DNA of 63,174 bases, counting the filler, from Octopus bimaculoides (Eukaryota): NCBI RefSeq assembly GCF_001194135.2. It is 5 parts of 5 records of this genome, joined end to end, with 100 filler letters (N's around TTAATTAATTAA, not from the genome) between each part and the next. Parts side by side here need not be neighbours in the genome. Positions count along the whole stretch, not along the records: positions 1 to 18,071 come from NC_069001.1; 4 more parts are not named here. One strand, 5' to 3'. This document shows, piece by piece, positions 1-12,458 of this stretch. Under the pieces are notes generated by a model that ran no database searches, was not told where the DNA came from, and saw only the letters and a program-made list of their open reading frames with translations. Every line of letters begins with the position of its first letter. The stretch's first letter is position 1. The translations under genes and the position numbers were made by a program.

Positions 1-399
1 TAACCATTCCAAAGACCATGGGCGATCCTTCTTATTTCGATCGTATACTTTGGAGGAAATAAAAACAAAACCCAATGTAACAATACAAAAAACGAACGTC
101 CTCAAGTATTCTTAAAAGACAATGATAGCTGCCAAGATATGTTTTACGATGTTTTTTGTTTATCAACATTTATTAACGTAATTGTATAATTTTATTAAAT
201 AATCTTTCTACTTATTTTATCGATCCCAGAAGGATGAAAGGTTAATGTTTACATCTTGACCCGCAAAATTCGGATCTTGTGAATTTCCCGAAGTCCTCTC
301 CCCACCCCACTGGAAAAGATTTCCCCCACAAATTTCTTCCACAGAAAGAAACAAGGAGAGAAAAAAAAAAGAATGTATAGTGGTCATCAATCTATCATG

Positions 400-1300
400 G
401 TGAATGCCAAACAGAAGGGTCACACAAGAGAGCTATGGAGGAGGGGAGATAATTAAGTAGTAGTAGTGATCCCAAAACAAAGGTGCACATGCATTTGTAA
501 TAGAGAGTTTGTATGTGCGCGTGGAATAGGGCTGGTGATCTTGACGTATGCGTATATGTGTAGGTGTGAAGATGTGGGACTGGGAATTGGTCAGTGCTGG
601 TGTGTGTGTGGTATGGTGTGGTGTGATGGTGTTTGGAGGTGGGGGAGGCGAGATGAAAAAGCCTAACCAGCAAACAGGCTGATCCAATTTTCCAGTGGGT
701 CGTGCTTGAAGTGGACACATTTAGAAAAAACTTCTTTACAACTATTTAATGTGCCAGGTTTAGTATAGTCCATCAGAATTTTGGCTCTCTTCGCAATGCA
801 GATTTTGCAACAGCCACTTCCATTAATATATGGGCCTGGATGATCTATTATTTTCAACCTGATATCACATGGGATCCCTTCATCTTTGAGATGCCACACA
901 TGGCTGGCCAAGGATGTGACAAACTATCTTTCTGGGACCCTGAAGGATAACTGGTGGTTGTAGAAACGATGTTTGAAAGATGTACTGGCAAATCCAATAT
1001 ATTTACAAACTTGGAATGTGGCCATATTCGCACTCCTGGTACACCTCTGATAGGCTTCAGGCCTAAGGATACTGTTGGCAACACTGTTGGTGACGCAGTT
1101 CATATAGCGCAAGGATCCCGCGGTGTTGTGGTTATCACTACTGTTCACATGGTTATTGGCAATACTGTTGCTGACGCATATATGTTAAGACTTAAGTCTC
1201 GATTTGCAAGCATTTCCTCACATCCGCGACGTAGAAAATTTAAGATGTTTTGTCTTTGTATAGAGTCTGACCAGCTGTCGACAATTCTTTGGCTTTGTGG
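400..1300 (-). mobile_element. Penelope-like retroelement 3' fragment (GIY-YIG endonuclease relic plus 3' UTR), Naiad-like
   Basis: Minus ORFs 924-1148 and 663-911 are one frame split by a single TAG: KYIGFASTSFKHRFYNHQLSF...LASHVWHLKD...CKICIAKR...LNSCKEVFSKCVH. This matches the PLE GIY-YIG with C-terminal CxxC and 'LNxRxExxxxCxH' motifs. Confidence 0.85.
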
Positions 1301-1591
1301 ACACAAAAACTTAGGTAACCCTATGTACAAAATTCAAAGTTTTTGTTATATATATATATATGGTTGTATATAAGTGTTTATATTAATTGAAAACAAAAAC
1401 AAGGTTAAAATTTCCTATGTACTGAGATTTTATTTTTTCAAAACACAAAATCTATTTAAATATTTTATACCCTTTTGAGAGATTGATTTACTTCAGAGTT
1501 CATAGCGCTATGATCTCTCTTCTGTATGAATACATTTGAGTCTAGTTAAGTAACTTGTATCAGAGAAAGATTTACCATAGATGTCATAGAA

Positions 1592-2527
1592 TTATGGTTT
1601 CTCTCCTGTATGAATATTTCTGTGAGTGCTTAGGTTACATTTTTGAGAGAAGGATTTACCACAAATTTCGCACTGGTGTGGTTTCTCTCCTGTATGGATA
1701 TTTTTGTGAGTATTTAAGGTAGCACTTCGAGAGAATGACTTACCACAGATATCACAATGATGTGGTTTCTCTCCTGTATGAATACGGATATGATTAGTTA
1801 AATTACCACTTAAAGAGAAAGATTTACCACAAACATCACAGTGATACGATTTCTCTCCAGTGTGAACAATTTTGTGATTAGTTAATGTGCAACTTGCAGA
1901 AAATGATTTACCACAAATATCACATTGATATGGTTTCTCACCTGTATGAATACGTTTGTGTTTAGTTAAGTCACCACTTTCAGAGAATGATTTACCACAG
2001 ATATCACAGCGATGTGGTTTCTCACCTGTGTGAACACGTTTGTGATTGGTTAATTCACTACTTCCAAAGAAGGATCTACTACAGATATCACATTGATATC
2101 GTTTCTCTCCTGTATGAATTCGTTTGTGTATGGTTAAATAACTACCATCAGAAAAAGATTTACCACAGATATTGCACTGATATGGCCTCTCACCTGTATG
2201 AGTTCGTTTGTGACTAGTTAAGTGACCACTATGAGAGAATGATTTACCACAGATATCACAGGGAAATGGTTTCTCTCCTGTATGAATACGTTTGTGAGTA
2301 GTAAGCTGACCTTTGTTAAGGAATGATTTACCACAGATATCACAATGATATGATTTAACTCCTGTATGAATACGTTTATGAGTATTTAAGCTACATTTGT
2401 GAGTGAATGACTTGTTACAGATATCACAGTAATATAATGTTTTTTCTTTCTTTTTATCATTAGGAAAATCAATACTTTCAGACCACGTTTCACATTTAAC
2501 TTCATTTTTACACAATTGACTTTCCAT
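1592..2527 (-). CDS. C2H2 zinc-finger protein A, 311 aa, 10 tandem fingers
   Basis: Open ORF with 10 C-x2-C-x12-H-x3-H units and TGEKP-type linkers. Stop is TAA in place of the Tyr codon after the last linker; a degenerate 11th finger follows at about 1500-1591. Confidence 0.93.
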   Translation of the reverse strand: MESQLCKNEVKCETWSESIDFPNDKKKEKTLYYCDICNKSFTHKCSLNTHKRIHTGVKSYHCDICGKSFLNKGQLTTHKRIHTGEKPFPCDICGKSFSHSGHLTSHKRTHTGERPYQCNICGKSFSDGSYLTIHKRIHTGEKRYQCDICSRSFFGSSELTNHKRVHTGEKPHRCDICGKSFSESGDLTKHKRIHTGEKPYQCDICGKSFSASCTLTNHKIVHTGEKSYHCDVCGKSFSLSGNLTNHIRIHTGEKPHHCDICGKSFSRSATLNTHKNIHTGEKPHQCEICGKSFSQKCNLSTHRNIHTGEKP

Positions 2528-2890
2528 AATTTTTTTTGCCTCACCACAAAACTGTTATTTTTCTCCTACTTTTCGTTTTCTTCTTTCATTTCTCCTATTT
2601 TTCATTCCCAACAAATATTTATTCCGCTATATTTCCTTCAAACAATATTTGTTTGATAATCGAAGACGCCGCAAAATTCTTTCTAATCCAAGTTCAATTA
2701 GAATATGAAATCAGCTTGTGTATACTGCAATTAATTTCCGTTCGGAGCATAATAATTTTTCCATGGATATATTTATGTAACCAAGGTTGACGTCTGTTCT
2801 GAATGACATTCACTTTTAGTCGTTAAAACATAATAAATACTGATAGATCTGAAGTTAATAAATTCTCGCATACCATTGTCATTTGATATT

Positions 2891-2991
2891 CTGAAATAAA
2901 AAGAAACGATATAAAATATAGAGGATACTTAATATGAAGACATTCAACTACATCTCTTCTATATTGATAAACAGTAGATAGAAACGTTTAC
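2891..2991 (-). other. Predicted 101-nt intron in the 5' UTR of ZNF-A
   Basis: Minus-strand TCAG|GTAAAC donor and pyrimidine-rich TTTATTTCAG acceptor. The same sites are present upstream of ZNF-C (12674-12786). Confidence 0.6.
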
Positions 2992-4486
2992 CTGAACATC
3001 CGAACTCATCCAATGAAGATGACGAGACATTCATTGGACTCTCTGAGTCAGTGGAATGCATCAACAATTCGGACGTGGGACCGACAATGCACTGAGCATG
3101 GGGAAATTACAAAAATAGACTTGGTTGAAATAACTGAAGCGAAACATAAAATAGAAGGGCATAAAAATGGCTCAACGAATACCATTATTGCACATTACAC
3201 ATTCTTAATTGCTGAAGTATAATGTTTTGAATATATTAGAATGTTACCCCCCCCCCCAAAAAAAAAGAACAATTTCCTTTTATTTAAAAAAAAAATGAAA
3301 ATTCATAAAAATATAATGGAAAGTAATTACATTTACCACGTTACATAGAAATGTTTCCACACAAAATTGACATTAGAATTTCGTCATTAATCTAATATTA
3401 ATGTTAAGGTTGATATATTGGTGATCTCATATATTAACGATAATTGAAATGGAATGCAGAAAGGAAAACACTAAAAGTATTAAGACAACAAAAGCAATGT
3501 TAGCTAAAGCAAGTTTTTCAACTCACTATATTACATATGATAGACTACCATATAGGAATTAAGACAACACAGTTACTTTACGAAGATTTCTTCTTTACTT
3601 CACTTTCTTTCCTTTATCTGTCAACACAAGCAAAACACAAATTCTTTTCACTTAAATGTTTTTGTCTATATTTAATTTCGATTTGCATATGGTAATCAAT
3701 TCGCTAGTCTCTTCAAAGTAAACAAAATGAAAATTTTAAATTCGATGGTAGGAGTTGGATAAATCTAAATTTTTATATATTGTTTTTTGTTTGTTTTTTT
3801 TTGCATATTCCTTACCTCCGACATACAAAACGTAGGAATCCGAAAAAATATCAAAAAAATGCATTTTGCCATGAGCGATGCAAAACTGCATTAGCCCCCT
3901 GATTTCTTTTATTTTAAAACATGAACTCGTAAAAATATGATTGAAAGTAATTATCTTCACCTCTTAACATAGAAATATTTTTACACAAAAATGACATCGG
4001 AATTTCATCATTAATCTAATATTGATGTTAAGGGTTGATTTATTTTCATTTTCAAACTGTAACATTATCCCAAAACGAGGGAAATAATTGAAACAAAGGG
4101 AACATAGCATTGTGAGGGATGTACACGTTTTGACACCGTTTTTCGTGATGTGGAAATAATACGGACCAGGGATTCTCACGTTTACATCTTTTAGAAGATA
4201 AAAGATTCATAAAAGAAACCAGAATATATTTCAAGACTCATGTTGTAAGCAAAGAGAGAATTAATTGTTCTGAGAGTTTATTATTACGACTGCCTAAATT
4301 ATTCCATTTTTTGATAAACGTCTTTAATTTCTAGGAAGATCTAATTTAGGCGATCCCTAGTTTATAACTGGCATTTAGGTGATCCAGTTAATTACAGATG
4401 ATTGCTATTTAAATATAAAAAGATAATACTACAGCGTTCTTTATTATGTCGATGTGAAAAATCTAAATATTTCTTTGTGAAATATA

Positions 4487-4579
4487 GAAGTTGTGTCCAA
4501 GCAGCCATTGTCCAGTCTGAGTTGTGACTACTTGAATCTATCGTGACATCTTCGTCATTGGCTCTATCTATATTAACAT
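4487..4579 (+). other. Candidate non-coding 5' exon of ZNF-B
   Basis: Ends in AACAT|GTAAGT and is preceded by AG. Near-identical block at about 14450-14539 also ends in AATAT|GTAAGT. Confidence 0.45.
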
Positions 4580-5650
4580 GTAAGTATTCTTGAGAGAAAC
4601 AACATCTTCTGTTGTATAGGTCATGTCCTCTTTCTACTCCATCTGTTTGTTTGGATGTGTTCAAAGATAATAGAAAGAAAGTGAAGTAAAGAAGAAATCT
4701 TCTTAAAGTAACGATGTTGTCTTAATTCCTATACGATAGTCTCACGTGGCATAACTACAGAGTTGTACTCCCCCAGACTTTGGAAGGTCATAACTTTCAG
4801 AAAAATGAATATTTTTTAATGAAATTTTCTATGCATATATTATTTATTATGTAGATTCCGAATATACAAAAAATTTCGGTGAAAGTGTTTTGGAATGGGG
4901 GAGGGGGACAATTTTCGGAAATTCCAACAGAGTCTGAGTTAAAAAAAACTTGCTTTAGCTAACGTTGCCTTTTGTTGACTTAATACTTTCAGTGTTTTCC
5001 TTTCTACACTCCATTTCAAATATCGTTATTCCTCCATATCTTCAGATGAACGCAAAGCGAAAGTTTGTATTTCTTAAGGTCATTTCTGAACATTGTTTAG
5101 TCACCATTTTACCTTTATTTAATACTTGACAACTGGTGAACTTTTGCTTTAAGCATTCCGTGTAACTTCTCATAACTTACATATTTTTTGGAATTTTCAG
5201 AAAATTTTTGTTCTACAGAGGGGAATTCGTACAATTCGGCAAAAGAAAATTTTAAAACATTTTTTCATCTCCAACCCCATAAATCCTAAAATTTTCACTG
5301 TTTCTCGAATTCTTTTAGAAATCATATTTTCAAAATACAATTTGATTCCAGCATTTGTTTCTGTTTATAATTTCAAAATAATTTTCACACGAAAAGGTGT
5401 GTGATATAAAACAGATTTAGCATATCGCTCTGACATGTATTGATGTTTTTCAATACTTTTTCCCCATAAGAACGTACAGTGGAATGATGATGTGCCCAAG
5501 GAATGTGCAAAGAAAAGAAAAAAAGCGTTTCGTAATTTAAATCCTTACAACCCCACCCCACTACACCAAGCGAGTGTGTCTGTATAGTGTAAGAAAAGAA
5601 AATTACTAACAGAAAAGTATGCTGTTATTATAAATTCTCTTTTATTTATA

Positions 5651-5818
5651 GGTGCAGGCATGGCTGTGTGATAAGAAGCTTGTTTCCCAACCACATAGTT
5701 CCAGGTTCAGTCCCACTGCATGACACCTTCAGCTTGTGTCTCATTATATTATGGCCTCGGGCTGGACTAAACGTTGTTAGTGGATTTGGAAGACAGAAAC
5801 TGAAAGAAGCCTATTATG

Positions 5819-5854
<36 letters not shown>

Positions 5855-6229
5855 NNNNNNNNNNNNNNNNNNNNNNNNNNNNNNNNNNNNNNNNNNNNNN
5901 NNNNNNNNNNNNNNNNNNNNNNNNNNNNNNNNNNNNNNNNNNNNNNNNNNNNNNNNNNNNNNNNNNNNNNNNNNNNNNNNNNNNNNNNNNNNNNNNNNNN
6001 NNNNNNNNNNNNNNNNNNNNNNNNNNNNNNGTGTCTAGGTTATTTCCCTCCTCCTTTGCTTGCCAACCAACGTTGCTCTATTCACGTCTCTGTAACTTAA
6101 CGGTTCAGCAAAAGAAAAAGATAGAATAAGTACTAGGCTTACATAGAATAAGTCCTGGGATTACTTTGTTTGACTAAAGGTGGTGCTCCAGCATGGCCGC
6201 AATCAAATGACTGAAATAAGTAAAAGAAT
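5651..6229 (+). mobile_element. tRNA-head SINE (abundant octopus-type family), interrupted by (TA)n and an assembly gap
   Basis: A-box/B-box-like head (GGCATGGCTGTGTG...GGTTCAGTCCC), central microsatellite and tail ...GGTGCTCCAGCATGGCCGCA...ATGACTGAAA. Many copies in this window. Confidence 0.85.
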
Positions 6230-7152
6230 GTACCGTTTTTTAATCCCTACGGATAAATCCCTGCAATTAACTCACACTCCACAATACCTGTGTGTTTGAT
6301 ATGGGTGAAGTCGAATTTGAGGATTATTGGGTGGGAGGAGGAATGGGAAAATTTTAATAAAATATGTTTTTGCAGTTGTACAAGGTCCAGTGTGTAGAAC
6401 ACAAATTCACAAAATAATTCTGAAAATACGAACAAGAGTTATGATTGGTTACGTGGTGTACATTGATCCACAATCCATAATAGGCTATGGAAATGTGTGA
6501 ATATTTTTAACATTGCAAATTTGGATGTCAAAGGATTTCGAATATTTAAAAAAAGGTTCAATTAAAATGAACCTTTTTTCCATAATCACATGAATTCCTG
6601 TGTGTAGAACACAAATTTACAAAGATTTCTGAAATTCCAAAAAATCCTTAGTCCATCACATAAAATGCTTAGCAGCATTTTTTATCTCCCTTTGTACACC
6701 TCATTGAAGTTGGGCTTGTCTTTAACCCTTTTTAGATAAAATGAAGTGCTACTTGAGGTTATGCCAAAAATCTGAAGCAAAAGACGACATAAGAAATGTA
6801 GTAAAACGTCTACTTTTTACAGAAATATTCTCTATATTCTATATTTGTTCTCTTTTTATTTCAGAATATAGATGATGTTGCCATAAAAGAATTATTTGCC
6901 TGAGATCCATCAATATTTATCAACTTGTGAAGACAGAAAGACTCTATGGAAAACATTAGCATCAATAAATAGAGATTAATAACTGAATTTTCTGTTTGGA
7001 ATGTATAGAAGATGAATTTATATTCTAATTAAAATTGGATTACAAAGGAGTTCGCTGCATCTTCAAATATTAATCAAGATCACAGTTGATGGAAATATAG
7101 CAGAACAAAAAAAAAAAAAAAACATCTATATTGTGGAAAGAGATAAAGATTG

Positions 7153-8439
7153 ATGGAAAACGAAATGTGTGAAAACAAAGCCCAATATAATACACAGAGG
7201 CAAAGAATGAATTTATCCAATGATATTAAGAAAGAGAATGGGAATATATTATATCAGTGTGATATATGTAAGAAATCATTCTCTTATAAATGTAACTTTA
7301 CAACTCACAAACTTATTCATGCAGGAGAGAAGCCACATCACTGTGATATCTGTGGTAAATCCTTCTGTCGAAATGATGAGTTAACTGTACACAGACGTAT
7401 TCATTCAGAAGAGAAACGCTACGTCTGTGATATCTGTGGTAAATCATTCTCTAAATGCAGTACCTTAGTAGGTCACAGACGTATTCATACAGGGGAGCAG
7501 CCACATCACTGTGATATCTGTGGTAAATCGTTCTCTATAAGTGGTAACTTAGCTACTCACAGACGTATTCATTCAGGAGAGAAGCCATATCACTGCGATA
7601 TCTGTAAAAAGTCATTCTCTCGAAACGGTTACTTAGCAATTCACAAACGTATTCATGCAGGAGATAAGCCACATCAATGTGATATCTGTGGTAAATCATT
7701 CTCTACGAATGCTGATTTAACTGTACACAAACGTATTCATACAGGAGAGAAGCCACATCATTGTGATAGCTGTGGTAAATCATTCTCTGTAAGTAGTCAA
7801 TTAACTGTTCACAGACGTATTCATACAGGAGATACACCATATCACTGTGATATCTGTGGTAAATCATTCTCTCAAAAGAGTCACTTAACTACTCACAGAT
7901 ATATTCATACAGGAGAGAAGCCATATCACTGTGATATCTGTGGTAAATCATTCTCTCCAAGTTTTAACTTAGCTACTCACAGACGTGTTCATACAGGAGA
8001 GAAGCCATTTCACTGTGATATCTGTGGTAAATCATTCTCTACGAATTCTCATTTGACTATACACAGACGTATTCATACTGGAGATACGCCGTATCACTGT
8101 GATATCTGTGGTAGATCATTCTCTCAAAAAAGTGACTTAACTACTCACAAACATATTCATACTGGAGAGAAACCATATGACTGTGATATCTGTAGTAGAT
8201 CATTCTCTCTAAAAAGTCTCCTAACTAGACATAAACGTATTCATACAGGAGAGAAGCCATTTCAGTGTAATATTTGTGGTACATCATTCTCTCAGAATGC
8301 AACTTTAACTGTACACAGACGTATTCATACAGGAGAGAAACCATATGACTGTGATATCTGTGGTAAATCATTTTCTGATAGTAGCCACTTAATGAAGCAT
8401 AAACGTATTCACACAGGAGAGAAACCATATCATGTGTGA
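7153..8439 (+). CDS. C2H2 zinc-finger protein B, about 428 aa, 14 tandem fingers
   Basis: Open ORF from ATG 7153 (MENEMC..., homologous to the N-termini of A, C and D), 14 intact fingers, ended by a frameshift-derived TGA. Acceptor TTTATTTCAG at 6864. Confidence 0.93.
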   Translation: MENEMCENKAQYNTQRQRMNLSNDIKKENGNILYQCDICKKSFSYKCNFTTHKLIHAGEKPHHCDICGKSFCRNDELTVHRRIHSEEKRYVCDICGKSFSKCSTLVGHRRIHTGEQPHHCDICGKSFSISGNLATHRRIHSGEKPYHCDICKKSFSRNGYLAIHKRIHAGDKPHQCDICGKSFSTNADLTVHKRIHTGEKPHHCDSCGKSFSVSSQLTVHRRIHTGDTPYHCDICGKSFSQKSHLTTHRYIHTGEKPYHCDICGKSFSPSFNLATHRRVHTGEKPFHCDICGKSFSTNSHLTIHRRIHTGDTPYHCDICGRSFSQKSDLTTHKHIHTGEKPYDCDICSRSFSLKSLLTRHKRIHTGEKPFQCNICGTSFSQNATLTVHRRIHTGEKPYDCDICGKSFSDSSHLMKHKRIHTGEKPYHV

Positions 8440-8662
8440 TATGTGGTAAATCCTTCTCAGGAAGTAGTAACTTGACTACTCACAAACTCACACAGGAGAG
8501 AAACCCTATCACCGTGACATCTGTGGTAAATCATTCTGTCAAGCTGGTCAGGTCACGTCTCATAAACGTATCCATACAGGAGAGAAACCATTTCACTGTG
8601 GTGTGTGTGGTAATTCATTTGCCGAAAAAAGTCATCTGAAAAGACATCAGTGTTCATCATGA
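8430..8662 (+). pseudogene. Three degenerate zinc fingers downstream of the ZNF-B stop
   Basis: ICGKSFSGSSNLTTHK (frameshifted), RDICGKSFCQAGQVTSHKRIH (first Cys to Arg) and CGVCGNSFAEKSHLKRHQCSS*. Confidence 0.85.
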
Positions 8663-8770
8663 TGTGTGATTCTGTATCAAAATTCAGCTTGTAGGGAAAT
8701 AAAATCTAAAACTGGTTCAACTGAATGTTTGTTGATCAAATTACTTTTTTTCTTTCTTTTGTTTGTTGGT

Positions 8771-8828
8771 CATCATCATCATCGTCATTTAACATCTGTT
8801 TTTCATGCTGGCATGGGTGGACGGTTAG
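8771..8828 (-). mobile_element. 3' tail of a (GAT)n-tailed non-LTR/SINE family
   Basis: Reverse complement reads CCCATGCCAGCATGAAAAACAGATGTTAAATGACGATGATGATG, matching copies at 16245, 20918 and 50228. Confidence 0.7.
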
Positions 8829-8829
8829 A

Positions 8830-10100
8830 TTGCAGTTTGAGTAACTTTCGATGCCAAAGTTCGGCACTAGGCCTTCCAGGATTTTCCAGATGTATATCGC
8901 TGCATAGTTTTCCTGCTTTCATTCTAGTGGGAAGCGTTTTAATTCTTTCATCTCTCCCAGTAGCTGATTCATTGCATCGAGACGATTTTCTTCGTGTAGC
9001 TTCGTTGGATTGCTTTGAGTTCCACCATGAGTTTTATATCGTGTGGTGACCATAGTTGGGAGCAGCAGTCTAAGTGGCTGAGGACACATGTCCTTCAAAG
9101 GACCGTCTCTTTTTCTCTTGTTTTGTAAGTTCAGAGAATCCATTCAGCTAGCCGTCTACATTTTATTACCAAATTAGTAATATGCGCTTGAAAAGATGCA
9201 TCATTGCTCATGTCAATGCCCAGGTTACGCACTGATTTTGATTCAGGGATTGCAATTCCTCCTGGACCAGTGTATCCTGTCTCCATGTCATTTAGCTTTG
9301 TGTGCTGGTAGCATAGGGCCTGGAATTTTCCTACAAGAAACTGTGTTGTTGTCCTCAGCTTACCTGTATATTGCGTCCAACTCCCATTGCAGATGTGCAA
9401 TATTTTCAGGATTTTGTATTGTCTGAGAGACTTTTATGCCATCTGCACAGCTAGCATGGGTGGCTATTTGAGAAGCCCAGGGCATGTCTGAGAGGGCCAC
9501 TATGAATAGTAGTGGCCCTAAGAAGTGCCCTGTGGAACACCACTTGCTATTTGTGTTTCCGTGGGGTGGCTCCATTGGCCACCACTGCCTGACATCTATC
9601 TTTTAGAAAGTTATGCTGTCAGTCTCCAAGTTTTCCGCCTATGCCAACATCACACAGCCTGTGACATATCACACCAGTCAACTTTGTCAAAGGCTTTTGC
9701 AAAGTTGAGACACACCACATCCACACATGAATTATGTAGCAGCTGTTTCAACACCCAGTTGCAAGAGCTGTGTTAGTCTCCAACTGGTCAAATTCCATGC
9801 TGGGTGTCAGCCAGCAAGCTACCCGTCTCAAGGAGTAGGATCAGTTTCCAGCGGACTATTTGTTTGATGACCCTGTTGATGCGAGAAGTCAGAGAGAGAG
9901 GCCTATAATCTTTAGCATCTGCTCTGTTTCCTCCCTAATGGATAGGCCATATTATCCCTTCCTTCAGTTTGTCTGGGAGCTTACCACTCGCAGTGAAGCT
10001 CCAAAAAAGAAGCTGCAGTGGTTTTGCAACAGCTCATTTGCACGATTTGAAAAGGACTGCTGGAAATCCATCAGGGCCAGCAGTTGAGTTTGTGTTAACT
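8830..10100 (-). mobile_element. CR1-group LINE reverse transcriptase relic
   Basis: Fragmented motifs DYRPLSLTS, NFAKAFDKVD, LGPLLFIVALSDM, VRNLGIDMSNDASFQAHI and LSHLDCCSQLWSP, with many stops and frameshifts. Confidence 0.85.
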
Positions 10101-10319
10101 TCATCTATGGCCAGTGTTACACACACACACATATATATATATACACATGCATTTATATGTATGTAACATATGGTATAATTATAAACAGAGCAAATTTTAG
10201 CCATTTCTCCGCAGAGCTATGAGGCCACATCCTCACACACTGTCGCAGTGACAAAGAGGAAGGACTAAGTGCCGGAACCTCAGAGTTACATGCTTTACCA
10301 CTTAGTGGTGAACTATTTA

Positions 10320-11010
10320 GATAGCTACTGCCAGGGGAGGTAACTGCGCCTACACGGGTGACTAGACTATAGCCTACACTGCCAAATATTTTAAGCATCT
10401 CTGCAGTGATTCCTGATGGATGAGGGGCTTTTCCTGTCTTCATACCCTTAATTATTTTATCTACGAAGGTACAGTCAATTTGAATAGCCGGTCCTTCTGT
10501 TGGGTCAACATTTGGCAGACTCTCTTTCTCCTATTCATTCTCTTCATTTAGCAACCTTTCATAGTGGCATCTCCAAATTTCTCTCTTTGCAGCATCATTA
10601 AATGCAAATGAGCCATCATCCATGCGGACACATTTCTCTTCTATGACATCACAATTCTCTCTCACATACTGTCTTGCAATATGAAACTCTTCAAGTCTCT
10701 AGGCCTCACAACGTAGAACATTGGGAAATTTTTCATCTGCTTCCCCTCTGGTTAAGTAAACCTGTCTCCTAGCTTCCCTTCTGGCAATCTGATACAGTTC
10801 CCTGCTACCACCACTCTTCCAGTCCTTCCATGCCTGTTTTTTTTCCCTAATGGCCCTGTCAACTACATTGTTCCACCACCATGTTACCTTAGGTCAAGGA
10901 GGGGACTTTAAGCCATCCACAATCTGGTCAGTAGCCCTCAACAGGATGTTCCATAGGGACCTCAAGTTGTCTTCCATATTATGTTATATCCTCCTCTTTT
11001 TCGTCAAAAG
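10320..11010 (-). mobile_element. RTE-like LINE ORF2 relic (endonuclease-RT linker)
   Basis: ...WRCHYERLLNEENE...GPAIQID...MKTGKAPHPSGITAEMLK, the typical KAPGP-x-GI-x-AEMLK start of the RT domain. Confidence 0.75.
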
Positions 11011-11426
11011 CTTCAAGTAACACATCCCTAAATCTCTGTTTTGTAGGCTTTTCCAAGTTACTTTAACAACTCTGTTATTAGTTTTAAAACAAGAGTGTTT
11101 TTATTAAAAAGGTTGAATTTTCATTAAATAAAAACGAAATACCAACCGGTTATTAAACAGATTATTTAATAAATTACTTATTTACATATTTGTTACACTT
11201 ACTTGGGATATCCCCAGTCAATTTTCATATTTTTTATGGATTGCTTTTGTTTCATTTTCAGTCCAGTAGACATACATACCATGAAATGAAAGCTCAGCAA
11301 ATCTAATCTAAACAATAGAAACCAAAACCCAAACTATGACATTCATATATTTACTGTTGTGTATGTATACCTACATGTTTAATGAAAATAACTGTATGAG
11401 ACTTATTTCTCACAGAAGTTACAGAA

Positions 11427-12458
<1,032 letters not shown>

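Noticed and set aside
370-400. UUGAUGA at the 3' end of the first PLE (minus strand)
   Set aside because: No matching GAAA arm found downstream.
1987-8428. Antisense ORFs 1987-2217 (+) and 8225-8428 (-)
   Set aside because: Shadow frames of the periodic zinc-finger codons.
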